64,000 nucleotides of DNA from NCBI GenBank assembly GCA_021827485.1, contig JAKAVM010000106.1, forward strand, positions 45,277 through 109,276, read 5' to 3'. The position numbers were made by a program, and so were the translations under genes. Position 1 is the first letter of the stretch; each line of letters begins with the position of its first letter. Under the pieces are notes generated by a model that was given only the letters and a program-made list of their open reading frames with translations, made no database searches and had not been told where the DNA came from. Positions 35,843-44,671 of the stretch are shown here, one piece after another. This DNA comes from Actinomycetes bacterium (lineage in GTDB: Bacteria; Actinomycetota; Acidimicrobiia; Acidimicrobiales; JAKAVM01).

Positions 35843-37051
35843 ATGGAGCTATTCTTGGATGATCATACTAAGAAGGCAATAGAGTTGATTCGTTCACTTG
35901 GCAAAGAATATTTGCGCCCTCTTGGGATTGAAGCCGACACCTTGGCAAGAGCAATCCCGCCCGACCATCCATTCTTTCAACTAATTGCCAGCTCTGGTTA
36001 CATGTCAAGAGGGCTTGGCAGCGCTCAAGACACGGCAACCAAGTCTAAGTCAGGTGATACGAAGAATTCTCGACCCGGCACGTGGGTATGTAATGTTCTC
36101 ATTGCCGAAGAAGGATCGTATTGGGATAGAGGAGCGCTAGTGTCTCTGCCAGGTCCAGGGTTAGGCGGGCCACCAGTTCTACAGATGGGTACGCTAGAGC
36201 AACAATCGAGATTTCTTTCGGTTTTTCGACAAAGGGAACGTCCGGTATGGGCCGCATTTGCAATGACTGAACCAGAAGCGGGAAGTGACGTAGCCCGAAT
36301 TCGTACAAACGCACGTAGGGACGGAGACGAGTGGATTTTGAACGGACAGAAGATGTATTCCTCGAATTCACCGAGAGCAGAATGGGTCGTAGTCTTTGCG
36401 ACAATTGATATTGAATTGGGGAGGGCTGGACACCGAGCTTTTGTGGTCGAGCGTGGAACTAAAGGATTTGAGATACTTCGAATAGAGCACAAGATGGGAA
36501 TACGTGCATACGAGACTGCAAGTTTTGCTTTAGACAATTGCCGAATCCCTTATGAAAACTTGCTAGGAGGAGAGAATTATTATAGCGAGAAAGGCAAGAA
36601 GGGTTTCGAAGGTGCGATGAGCACTTTTAATGCCACAAGGCCAATAGTAGCAGCTATGGGCATTGGTATTGCTAGAGCTGCTTACGACATTGCGCTGAAG
36701 TTCGTCGAGGAGGATTATCCAAAGCACGCAGCCGGAAGGCTAAGAAAGGCTCTGGAGCAGTTGGCAGCTATGCAGAGAAAGATAATGCTTTCTCGATTAC
36801 TTTGCCTAAAGGCAGCATCACTGCTCGATCAGGGTAAGCCCAATGCCTTAGCTGCTTCTTCTGCCAAGCAGTATGCACCGCCAATGTGTCTTGAGGTTGT
36901 AGAGCACGCAACCGATATTTTGGGAGAAGCTGGAATTGCCAAGGATGGACTTTTGGAAAAGCTAGCACGGGATGTCAAGGCCATTGATATTGTTGAGGGC
37001 ACCCAGCAAATTCAGCGCCGAGTAATCTCAAAAAATATCATTTCACGTTAG
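35843..37051 (+). CDS. Acyl-CoA dehydrogenase (catalytic subunit)
   Basis: Starts at MELFLDDHTKKAIELIR. WAAFAMTEPEAGSDV, and IDIVEGTQQIQRRVI carrying the catalytic Glu. The ORF is open from 35693, but that part overlaps the upstream gene. Confidence 0.85.
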   Translation: MELFLDDHTKKAIELIRSLGKEYLRPLGIEADTLARAIPPDHPFFQLIASSGYMSRGLGSAQDTATKSKSGDTKNSRPGTWVCNVLIAEEGSYWDRGALVSLPGPGLGGPPVLQMGTLEQQSRFLSVFRQRERPVWAAFAMTEPEAGSDVARIRTNARRDGDEWILNGQKMYSSNSPRAEWVVVFATIDIELGRAGHRAFVVERGTKGFEILRIEHKMGIRAYETASFALDNCRIPYENLLGGENYYSEKGKKGFEGAMSTFNATRPIVAAMGIGIARAAYDIALKFVEEDYPKHAAGRLRKALEQLAAMQRKIMLSRLLCLKAASLLDQGKPNALAASSAKQYAPPMCLEVVEHATDILGEAGIAKDGLLEKLARDVKAIDIVEGTQQIQRRVISKNIISR

Positions 37052-37072
37052 AAATCCAGCACCTGACCCTTT

Positions 37073-37891
37073 TCACCGGCCTTCGAAACGTGGCTCACGT
37101 TTAGTGAGCATTGCTGAAATGCCTTCAAAACAGTCCTGTGTAGTTACTAGTTCAGCTTGAGCAACTACTTCTCTCTCCATAGCTCTAGCAGCTTGATCCG
37201 CAAGGCCCGAGCGCAAGGTTGCTCGAGTTTTAGATACCGCTAGGGGTGCGGCCTTAGCGATTTCAAGAGCTATTTCCAATGCAGACTGTTTTGCATTACC
37301 TGAGCCAACAAGCCGATCGATTAATCCAAGTTCCATTGCTTCAACTGAAGTAACTCTCTTACCGGTTAGTAGCATTTCTGAAGCTTTTCCAGGGCCGATC
37401 CTAAGGCCAAGTGTATGAGATATCGCAAAACCTGGGTGTATCCCGAGCTTTACAAAGTTTGCGGACATCCAAGTGTCTTTACCCATTACGATAATATCGC
37501 AAGCCAGAGCAATTCCGAGACCGGCTCCAACTGCCGGGCCATCAAGTGCACAGATAATAGGTATCTCAACCCTAAATAGCCGTTCTGCCTGTCGATATAG
37601 TGAGCGCGCTTGGCTTTGAAAATCCTTATCGGCTGATGATGGATCGAGTTGGCTCCCGGAAGTAAAATTAGCTCCTGCGCAGAATGATTTGCCCGACGAG
37701 GCGATCACCAAAGCGCGAGATGAATGTTGAGAGCTTTCAAGAGCGTCTACTATTGCAGTAAGGAATGTTACATCAAGGAAGTTGTGGGGTGGACGATTAA
37801 GGACGATCACGCTAACATCACCGTGGCGTTCAATATGAACGTCGCCTAGCGCCGATTGCGGGTCAAGTGGCTCGTGATTCACAGTATTCAT
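37073..37891 (-). CDS. Enoyl-CoA hydratase/isomerase (crotonase) family protein
   Basis: SFCAGANF (oxyanion hole), ALDGPAVGAGLGIALACD and a C-terminal EGISAMLTKREPRF. The ATG at 37891 is preferred over the upstream in-frame start at 37933. Confidence 0.85.
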   Translation of the reverse strand: MNTVNHEPLDPQSALGDVHIERHGDVSVIVLNRPPHNFLDVTFLTAIVDALESSQHSSRALVIASSGKSFCAGANFTSGSQLDPSSADKDFQSQARSLYRQAERLFRVEIPIICALDGPAVGAGLGIALACDIIVMGKDTWMSANFVKLGIHPGFAISHTLGLRIGPGKASEMLLTGKRVTSVEAMELGLIDRLVGSGNAKQSALEIALEIAKAAPLAVSKTRATLRSGLADQAARAMEREVVAQAELVTTQDCFEGISAMLTKREPRFEGR

Positions 37892-37954
37892 AGATACCAA
37901 TCTAATCTGCCAAAGAGTGCCAACTCCAAACAAAGCCTTCGTAATTTCTTAGAA

Positions 37955-38086
37955 GGCGTTGGTCCAGGGGCAGTCCACGGGGCGCTACACGCGGCAGTCC
38001 AATGGGCAGTCCACGGGGGTAGTCCACGGGGCGCTACACGCGGCAGTCCAATGGGCAGTCCACGGTGTTCCAGGGGCGTTCCACGC
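37955..38086. repeat. GC-rich tandem repeat, 49-bp unit x2 (one mismatch) with degenerate flanking partial copies; core (C/T)AGTCCA x6
   Basis: 37967-38015 and 38016-38064 differ at one base. AGTCCA at 37972, 37996, 38008, 38021, 38045 and 38057. Lies between the divergent crotonase and ctaG genes. Confidence 0.95.
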
Positions 38087-38225
38087 CACACCCAACTTAC
38101 GGTAAGTTGATATTGTGTATTTTGAGTTCTAGGAGTCCACCAAAGCACTTATGAGAAAGCAACGGGCGTCGTGATATCAATACTTGAGATTGTGAGATTT
38201 GCAGCATCCTCGCGGCCGGGAGTAG

Positions 38226-39095
38226 TTGGTTAATTTGTTTCTTCTTCAAGTACCACCCCTAGGGATTCATAGTCTGTATTTGGTCCAGTTTGGATGGATT
38301 CCAACATTGCTCATAGTAGGGTTTGGGGCTTTGTATTTGTTGGGCGTGCACCGCGTACGACAACTTTCCTCATCCGCCTGGCCAAGATATCGAACGATCT
38401 CCTTTATGATCTCACTATTGGTTATCGCCATAGCTATAGAGAGTTTTATCGGTAAATATGACAATGTGCTTTTCTGGCTGCACATGATCCAGCATCTACT
38501 TCTCGTGATGATTGCAGGTGGACTTGCTGCTCTCGGCGCTCCGATAGATCTATTGCGAAGTGCTACCAGTGGTAAGTTGGGAAAGTACATTGAGAGTACT
38601 TACCAGAACCGCATCGTACAAGTAATATTCCATCCTATTACCGCAATGGTTCTCTATGCAGCGTCGATACCTATAACACATCTGACATCGATATATAATG
38701 ATACTCTTCGATATGAAAGTATTCACGACTTGGAGCACGTCTTCTTTATCGTACTTGGGTACTTATTTTGGAGACCAGTGATTGGCATTGAAGGAATCAA
38801 GCTTTCACCGGCTATCCGTCTGGCATATTTAGCTTTGGCCGTGCCAGTAGATACCTTTACTGGAATGGCTTTAGTTCTGACTAAATCAGAGATATTTCCA
38901 TACTACTTATCATTGCACCGCAACTGGGGTCCGAGCCTTGTCACCGATCTCCATGACGGAGGCGCTGCCATGTGGGTAGGGGGAGATTTTCTGATGTTCT
39001 TAGCAATGCTTCCCGTCGCCTTCCAATGGGCTCGTTTTGACGAGATCCAAGCCAAGGAGATCGATCGAATATTAGACGCGGCCGATTCTCAATGA
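38226..39095 (+). CDS. ctaG: Cytochrome c oxidase assembly factor CtaG (caa3_CtaG-type membrane protein)
   Basis: 289 aa, polytopic. LFWLHMIQHLLLVMIAGGLAALGAP and HDLEHVFF..GYLFW are typical of the Bacillus-type CtaG family. Confidence 0.7.
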   Translation: MVNLFLLQVPPLGIHSLYLVQFGWIPTLLIVGFGALYLLGVHRVRQLSSSAWPRYRTISFMISLLVIAIAIESFIGKYDNVLFWLHMIQHLLLVMIAGGLAALGAPIDLLRSATSGKLGKYIESTYQNRIVQVIFHPITAMVLYAASIPITHLTSIYNDTLRYESIHDLEHVFFIVLGYLFWRPVIGIEGIKLSPAIRLAYLALAVPVDTFTGMALVLTKSEIFPYYLSLHRNWGPSLVTDLHDGGAAMWVGGDFLMFLAMLPVAFQWARFDEIQAKEIDRILDAADSQ

Positions 39096-39162
39096 TTACT
39101 GCTTTGTATTCTGGTCTGGAAGCAATGTGGTAATCCAGATGCAATGATGCTATTATGTATGT

Positions 39163-39384
39163 ATGCCGAAAACACGAACAACACTGACGATAGATGAAGG
39201 CCTCCTGCGATCAGTGAAGGTTAGGGCAGCACGTTTAGGGAAGGGAGAGAGCGAAGTGATTGAGCAAGCTATCCGGAGGGAACTTGGTTTTGAACTACTT
39301 GACCAGCTTTGGGAGCGAAATGCCTTGGCTGAAGACGATGCCACCCGTTTAGCCTTAGAAGCTCAGCACGTAACGCGAGATTAA
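39163..39384 (+). CDS. Ribbon-helix-helix (CopG/VapB-like) antitoxin
   Basis: TTLTIDEGLLRSVKVRAARLGKGESEVIEQAIRREL is an RHH pattern. 73 aa. Lies 15 nt upstream of the PIN gene. Confidence 0.7.
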   Translation: MPKTRTTLTIDEGLLRSVKVRAARLGKGESEVIEQAIRRELGFELLDQLWERNALAEDDATRLALEAQHVTRD

Positions 39385-39399
39385 TCAAATCAAGCATAG

Positions 39400-39816
39400 A
39401 TGCGAGCAGTCGTTGATGTTAATGTTTTTATTTCAGCATTCCTAAGCCGAACTGGGGCCCCAGCAAGTGTAATTCTCGCTTGGTTAAACGGCGATTTTGA
39501 AATGATTATTTCACCTAAGCTCTTGGCGGAGCTTGAGAGAGCACTTGGCTATAGAAAGTTTAAAAATCGTATCTTGCCTTCAGAAGTCAACGAGCTTGTC
39601 GCTCTAGTACGATCGGAATCTATTATTGAGGAGGACAGTGAAGATTTGGCTACAATTCGCTCGGCTGATCCCGGAGACGATTACTTGATTGCCTTAGCGC
39701 TAACGACTCGATCAATACTCGTCTCCGGAGACTCTCATCTATTAGTCTTAGCAGACAAGGTACCAGTTTATACCCCAGCTACATTCTTAGAGAGGCTTTC
39801 TACTTCAAATTGGTAG
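39400..39816 (+). CDS. PIN-domain toxin (putative toxin-antitoxin system toxin, PIN family)
   Basis: MRAVVDVNVFISAFLS..., DPGDDYLIALA and ILVSGDSHLL carry the acidic PIN residues in the usual order. Confidence 0.8.
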   Translation: MRAVVDVNVFISAFLSRTGAPASVILAWLNGDFEMIISPKLLAELERALGYRKFKNRILPSEVNELVALVRSESIIEEDSEDLATIRSADPGDDYLIALALTTRSILVSGDSHLLVLADKVPVYTPATFLERLSTSNW

Positions 39817-40020
39817 ATTCTTTCCGAATTTCTCGGGGTGCATTGTCCAACCATTCAATTGCTTTATCAAAAGTCTGGTCGAAAACTCTTTTGCCAATGA
39901 ACCAATCAAGGTCAGTAAATTTTGTATCGTATCCATCTTCATCCGCACCAATTTTCTTAGAAAATGCCCCTGTAGCTCAGGAGCTACTTCAACCGGTCAG
40001 ACTCTCAAACTAGAACTGGC

Positions 40021-40092
<72 letters not shown>

Positions 40093-40255
40093 TATTCTAA
40101 TGAACTCTACAATGATAAGGCATTTTGTTGTTGATTAGCTTTTCAAGTGCCTCATTCGACGGCGGGCCACCGGGATTGTGAAGCCATTTGCCCTGGTAGA
40201 TGACATATTTGTTAATTCTTGCAAAATATGATCGAATTAGTCAACAATAGATGGT

Positions 40256-41968
40256 GTGGAATTCCTCGCTCCTCTTCGCAAAGGTACTGAATTAAATCAA
40301 GTCGAGAAGTGGAAGCTTGAGAGAAATCCTCTCGACGTGTACGACTCTGTGATCAATACCTATTCAAAAAACGGAGTCGAATCAATTTTGAGCGTAGAAG
40401 GCGAACAGGAAAGACTCAAGTGGGTAGGGCTCTATCCACAAAAGCAAGGGGGAGATGCTTTCATGATGCGGGTCAAAGTTCCCGGAGGGAGAATTACAGC
40501 CCAGCAAGCAGAAAAGCTGGGTGAGCTTTCTTTGAGATATGCCAAATCTCCAAGTTCAGATGCAGTTTTCGGAAATTGCTACTGCGATATAACGACTCGT
40601 CAATCAATTCAGCTGCACTGGTTGCCAATCGGCGACATTCCAACTATTTGGCATGAGCTAGAAGGAGTAGGACTCACAACTGTCCAGGCCTGTGGTGATT
40701 CTTCTAGGAACGTACTTTGCTGTCCTGTCTCGGGAATTGATGCGAATGAGATTTTTGACGCATATCCAATTGCAACTGCAATATCAGAGTTTTTTACTGG
40801 AAATCGCGAGTATTCAAACTTACCTCGTAAATTCAAGATCAGTGTTACGGGATGTCAAGAAGATTGTGCCCAAGCTGAGATAAATGACATTGGTATGTGG
40901 CCAGCAAAATTAGAAGATGGGACCTTAGGATTCAATCTTCTGGTTGGCGGGGGATTATCCGATGGGCCGCGGATGGCTTCCGATATTGACGTGTTCGTTC
41001 CTCTGGAGCAAGCAGTTGAAGCGACGAGGGGGATAGCACAGCTCTTCGGTGAGCTCGGCAATAGAGAAAATCGTGGTTTGAGCCGAATGAGATATTTAGT
41101 ACAGGAGCTAGGCCCTGAAGGATTTCGAAGCGAACTTGAAAAGAGAGTTTCATTTGGCATGCTGCCCGCGGGAGAAAGTCTAACCAAGGGTTATAGGGGT
41201 GATCACATTGGTATCCATCCTCAAAAAGAGCAAGACGTTTTCTATGCAGGGCTCAACGTTTTAGTAGGTCGTCTAAAGGCACCAGAGCTAATAGAGTTAG
41301 CACGCCTAGCTGCGACTTATGGCAACTCAGAGATCCGCTTGACCACCGATCAAAATGCAATCATCTCAGGGATCAGTAAAGATAAATTAGAGGAGTTTTT
41401 AGGTGAGCCAGTTCTCAAGACGATCTCTCCTTTCCCAAAGCCATTTGAGCGAGGAGCCGTTGCATGTACAGGCAACGAGTTCTGTCGGTTTGCAATTGTT
41501 GAGACAAAGGCCCATGCAGCCAAGTGGGCAAAGGCTATGGATGAGAAATTTTCGTCACTGATAGAAGGTGAAACACGCTTGAATGGGAGCGCGACAAGCT
41601 CTTGGCAAGATAAAGTACAACGGCAAGAACAAATAAGTTCGCAAGTTGTAAGGATGCATTTTTCGGGCTGCCCTGCTAGCTGTGCTCAGCCCCAGATTGG
41701 AGATATCGGGTTTCGGGGCGACACGGCCCATCGCAACGGTGAAATTGTGGAAGCCGTAGATATTGGACTCGGAGGTTCCCTTGGATCAGATGCTAGCTTT
41801 ATCGATTGGGTTGAAGGTGCCGTGCCTTCAGATGAAGTTCCGCAAGCATTGGTAGGGCTTTTTGAAGGGTATTTTGGACAGCGACGGGAAGGTGAGTCCT
41901 TTCGAAACTGGACAAGGCGAGTACCGAATCCCCAACTACGAAAAATACTTTCTAGTGGGGCAAAGTGA
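40256..41968 (+). CDS. sir: Assimilatory siroheme-[4Fe-4S] sulfite (or nitrite) reductase hemoprotein, NirA/Sir type
   Basis: 570 aa. LKWVGLYPQKQ..FMMRVKVPGGRITAQQ, TTRQSIQLHW, and the cluster/siroheme Cys motifs ACTGNEFCRFA and FSGCPASCAQPQIGDIG. The sulfate-assimilation context favours sulfite. Confidence 0.9.
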   Translation: MEFLAPLRKGTELNQVEKWKLERNPLDVYDSVINTYSKNGVESILSVEGEQERLKWVGLYPQKQGGDAFMMRVKVPGGRITAQQAEKLGELSLRYAKSPSSDAVFGNCYCDITTRQSIQLHWLPIGDIPTIWHELEGVGLTTVQACGDSSRNVLCCPVSGIDANEIFDAYPIATAISEFFTGNREYSNLPRKFKISVTGCQEDCAQAEINDIGMWPAKLEDGTLGFNLLVGGGLSDGPRMASDIDVFVPLEQAVEATRGIAQLFGELGNRENRGLSRMRYLVQELGPEGFRSELEKRVSFGMLPAGESLTKGYRGDHIGIHPQKEQDVFYAGLNVLVGRLKAPELIELARLAATYGNSEIRLTTDQNAIISGISKDKLEEFLGEPVLKTISPFPKPFERGAVACTGNEFCRFAIVETKAHAAKWAKAMDEKFSSLIEGETRLNGSATSSWQDKVQRQEQISSQVVRMHFSGCPASCAQPQIGDIGFRGDTAHRNGEIVEAVDIGLGGSLGSDASFIDWVEGAVPSDEVPQALVGLFEGYFGQRREGESFRNWTRRVPNPQLRKILSSGAK

Positions 41969-41998
41969 AATTAGCTATGAATCGTAAAGAGAAATAAA

Positions 41999-43327
41999 GT
42001 GCCAGCAAATCTTTTCAGCTTCCCGCAAGAAACGATATCGCTAGGCTTTGCTATTCGCGATCAAATGAATTCCATTTCCGAGGCTCCAGGCAAGACTTGG
42101 TTTTGGGAACTTGCAGACGCTGTAATTGATGCTGGTCGGTGCGTGCAGTGCGGTGTTTGTGTTGCAGCCTGCCCTTCGGATTCGATTGGTGTATCGGAAG
42201 CGGGGTTGCCAAAGCTTGTAAAGATGTGCACGGGATGCTCATTGTGTTGGGATTTTTGTCCGAGGGGAGGTTTGAGATATGAAGCAACTTGGCGCGAGTC
42301 AGCCCAGGTCCAGAGCAGCGAAGTAAAAGATCCTCAAATATCAAAAGTATCGTTGGGAAGGCGCAGCAAGACTACCCCAAACAAGATAACCCCAACGAAT
42401 GTTACTGCGCTTGGTGTCTTGGAGAAAGGCTATGCAGCTCGAGTACCAACGAGGATTGAAGGAGCCCAAGATGGCGGAGTTGTATCGCAAATCCTAATTG
42501 CTTTACTCGAAGCTGGAGAAATTGATGGTGCTCTTTTGGCAAAGCAAAGTAGCACACAAAGCTGGAAGGCCGAACCATATCTTGCACAAACGCCACAAGA
42601 TGTACGTACCTCTGCGGGTAGCTATTACAACCAAACAATGGCGTTAGGACATTTAGATCTATCGAAATATGATCTGCCGAAAAATCCTCGTATAGCGATG
42701 GTTGGAACTCCATGCGAAATTCAAGGGATCAAGGCGTTACAGGCAACCAGATGGTCAAGAGGAAGAAGCTTAGTAGATTCAATTGGCCTTACAATTGCCC
42801 TGCTTTGCACTAAGAGTTTTGACTACGAAAAATTGATACTAGGGGAACTCAAGCAGAAGCGAGGGATTGATCCGAGTGAGATTGGCAGGATCGATGTGAT
42901 CTACGGAAAACTAATTGTTGATTCGGTTAAAGGTTCAACGCTTGTTGCCGAGCCGATAAAGAATTTTCACGGGGCTGCGCTTCGAGGTTGTGATGAGTGT
43001 GCTGACTTCTTGGGTCGAGCCTCAGACATATCGGTGGGCAGTGTAGGAAGTGTGGCTGGCTGGTCAAGCGTATTGGTTCGAACTGAACAGGGTATGCGGG
43101 CCTTTGAAAAAGCTTGGCCTAAGCTCCAAGTCAGGGATTTGGACAACACTCAAGCTCTTGAGAAACTTGATGCTCTCGACAAAAAAATTGCATTCAACGC
43201 GTTACAACGAGAGTTTGATCCCGATGGCCCCCTCTTTATTGAGTTTGAGGATCACTTAGAAAACTATATGGATTCAGATCGCCAAGTTGTTGGCAGTAGC
43301 CAGCGTTCAAGGAAGGAAGCAGTATAA
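41999..43327 (+). CDS. FrhB/FpoF-family flavo-iron-sulfur protein (coenzyme F420 hydrogenase/dehydrogenase beta-subunit-like) with N-terminal 2x[4Fe-4S] ferredoxin domain
   Basis: CVQCGVCVAACPSDSI and CTGCSLCWDFCPR. Followed by GAQDGGVVSQILIALLEAGEIDGALL, SAGSYY and MVGTPCEIQGIKAL, typical of the FrhB N- and C-domains. Confidence 0.8.
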   Translation: MPANLFSFPQETISLGFAIRDQMNSISEAPGKTWFWELADAVIDAGRCVQCGVCVAACPSDSIGVSEAGLPKLVKMCTGCSLCWDFCPRGGLRYEATWRESAQVQSSEVKDPQISKVSLGRRSKTTPNKITPTNVTALGVLEKGYAARVPTRIEGAQDGGVVSQILIALLEAGEIDGALLAKQSSTQSWKAEPYLAQTPQDVRTSAGSYYNQTMALGHLDLSKYDLPKNPRIAMVGTPCEIQGIKALQATRWSRGRSLVDSIGLTIALLCTKSFDYEKLILGELKQKRGIDPSEIGRIDVIYGKLIVDSVKGSTLVAEPIKNFHGAALRGCDECADFLGRASDISVGSVGSVAGWSSVLVRTEQGMRAFEKAWPKLQVRDLDNTQALEKLDALDKKIAFNALQREFDPDGPLFIEFEDHLENYMDSDRQVVGSSQRSRKEAV

Positions 43328-44671
43328 GTGACAAGTCTACTTGATAGTCGAATTAGGCCAGTTGCAGTTAGGGATCACTTCGAGGCTGAAGTTGAAGAAG
43401 TAAGTCCGTTTACACTTTGTATTCCCGAGGAGGTCGATGGACTTCGTGGCAAGATTATGGACTCGATTGTCCAGTCTGGAGCTGACTCATCGTCAATTAT
43501 CGACCTGACCATCGAACTCCAAGAGTTCCTATGGAAGGGGTGGGAGCCAACTTTGACTTACTGGGGGATTGGATGGGGGAGTTTTCTTGATATTGTTAGT
43601 GGATATAGAAGAGAACTGTGGCTTTGGTGCATGCGTGAGCGCACTTGGCAACAGTGCATCAGTGGACTTGCAGGAAGGTTAGCTCGGAGAACTTTAGATG
43701 AGGCAACTAAGGAGCATCCGTTGATGGCGTCTGTAAACCAAGATCGCTTTGCTAATCGCGAAGCTAGTACGAACAACAAGTTATCTCATTTGGACGAACT
43801 TGAGTCACATGCCATATTTGTTATGAGAGAAGTGGCTGCGGAATGTGAAAGACCGGCGCTACTATTTTCAGGGGGGAAGGACTCAGCAGTTCTTCTTCGC
43901 ATAGCCGAGAAAGCTTTTAGGCCCGCAAGGTTTCCGTTCCCAATTCTTCATGTCGACACCGGGCATAACTTTCCTGAAGTTATCGAGTATCGTGATCGCC
44001 AGGTTGAACGGCTCGGCGAGAAACTGATAGTCGCCCAAGTTCAGAGGACAATTGATTTAGGCCGGGTGACTGATCCGGGACCTGGGGCAAGCAGGAATCG
44101 TCTGCAAAGTGTAACTTTACTTGATGCTATTTCTGAATACGAGATAGATGCAGCTATAGGCGGAGCCCGACGTGATGAAGACAAGGCCCGTGCTAAAGAG
44201 CGAATTCTATCGTTCAGAGATGCTCTTGGCCAGTGGGATCCACGCAATCAACGTCCAGAACTGTGGCATCTTTACCAGGGGCGAGTTCGTCAGGGTGAGC
44301 ATTTGAGGGCTTTCCCACTCTCGGATTGGACTGAATTGGACGTATGGCAATACATAGCTCGGGAAAAGATAGAATTACCTCCGATCTATTTCGCACACTC
44401 AAGGAAGGTCATCGAGCGATCGGGAATGCTACTTGCTCTAAGTGAGTGGGTTCAGCCAATGGGACAAGAGGAGATAATCGAGGAAGTTGTTAGATTTAGG
44501 ACCGTTGGTGATGCAACTTGCACCGGGGCAGTTAGGTCTAGAGCAAGTACTATTGAGGAGGTCATAGCCGAAGTAGCTTCGTCGAGAGTAACAGAGCGGG
44601 GAGCCACACGAGCCGATGATAAGTTTTCTGAGAGTTCAATGGAAGACCGAAAGCGCGAAGGCTATTTCTAA
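43328..44671 (+). CDS. cysD: Sulfate adenylyltransferase subunit 2 (CysD) fused in frame to a 132-aa N-terminal domain of unknown function
   Basis: The CysD core runs from about residue 133 (LSHLDELESHAIFVMREV..LLFSGGKDS PP-loop .. GYF C-terminus). GTG at 43328 directly follows the upstream TAA and has AGGAAGGAAG upstream. An internal ATG at 43724 has its own AAGGAG. Confidence 0.85.
   Translation: MTSLLDSRIRPVAVRDHFEAEVEEVSPFTLCIPEEVDGLRGKIMDSIVQSGADSSSIIDLTIELQEFLWKGWEPTLTYWGIGWGSFLDIVSGYRRELWLWCMRERTWQQCISGLAGRLARRTLDEATKEHPLMASVNQDRFANREASTNNKLSHLDELESHAIFVMREVAAECERPALLFSGGKDSAVLLRIAEKAFRPARFPFPILHVDTGHNFPEVIEYRDRQVERLGEKLIVAQVQRTIDLGRVTDPGPGASRNRLQSVTLLDAISEYEIDAAIGGARRDEDKARAKERILSFRDALGQWDPRNQRPELWHLYQGRVRQGEHLRAFPLSDWTELDVWQYIAREKIELPPIYFAHSRKVIERSGMLLALSEWVQPMGQEEIIEEVVRFRTVGDATCTGAVRSRASTIEEVIAEVASSRVTERGATRADDKFSESSMEDRKREGYF

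Noticed and set aside
35333-36537. Minus-strand ORFs of 163, 170 and 101 aa over the two ACAD genes
   Set aside because: They are antisense to genes with clear ACAD motifs. No motifs or RBS context were seen.
37856-38148. 84-aa (+) and 86-aa (-) ORFs over the GC-rich 49-bp repeat
   Set aside because: Their translations are repeat-derived (..GSPRGATRGSPMGSPR.. and ..GLPIGLPRVAPRGLPP..). The openness is a by-product of the GC-rich tandem repeat. No independent coding evidence exists.
39965-40013. A second tRNA on the plus strand (GCCCCTGTAGCTCAGG...) and the 67-aa plus-strand ORF 39810-40013
   Set aside because: Only the first roughly 16 nt resemble a tRNA. The rest cannot form a cloverleaf. 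GTAGCTCAGGAGCTAC is just a short palindrome, possibly the tRNA-Arg transcript's 3' hairpin. The 67-aa ORF has non-protein-like composition and runs into the tRNA region.
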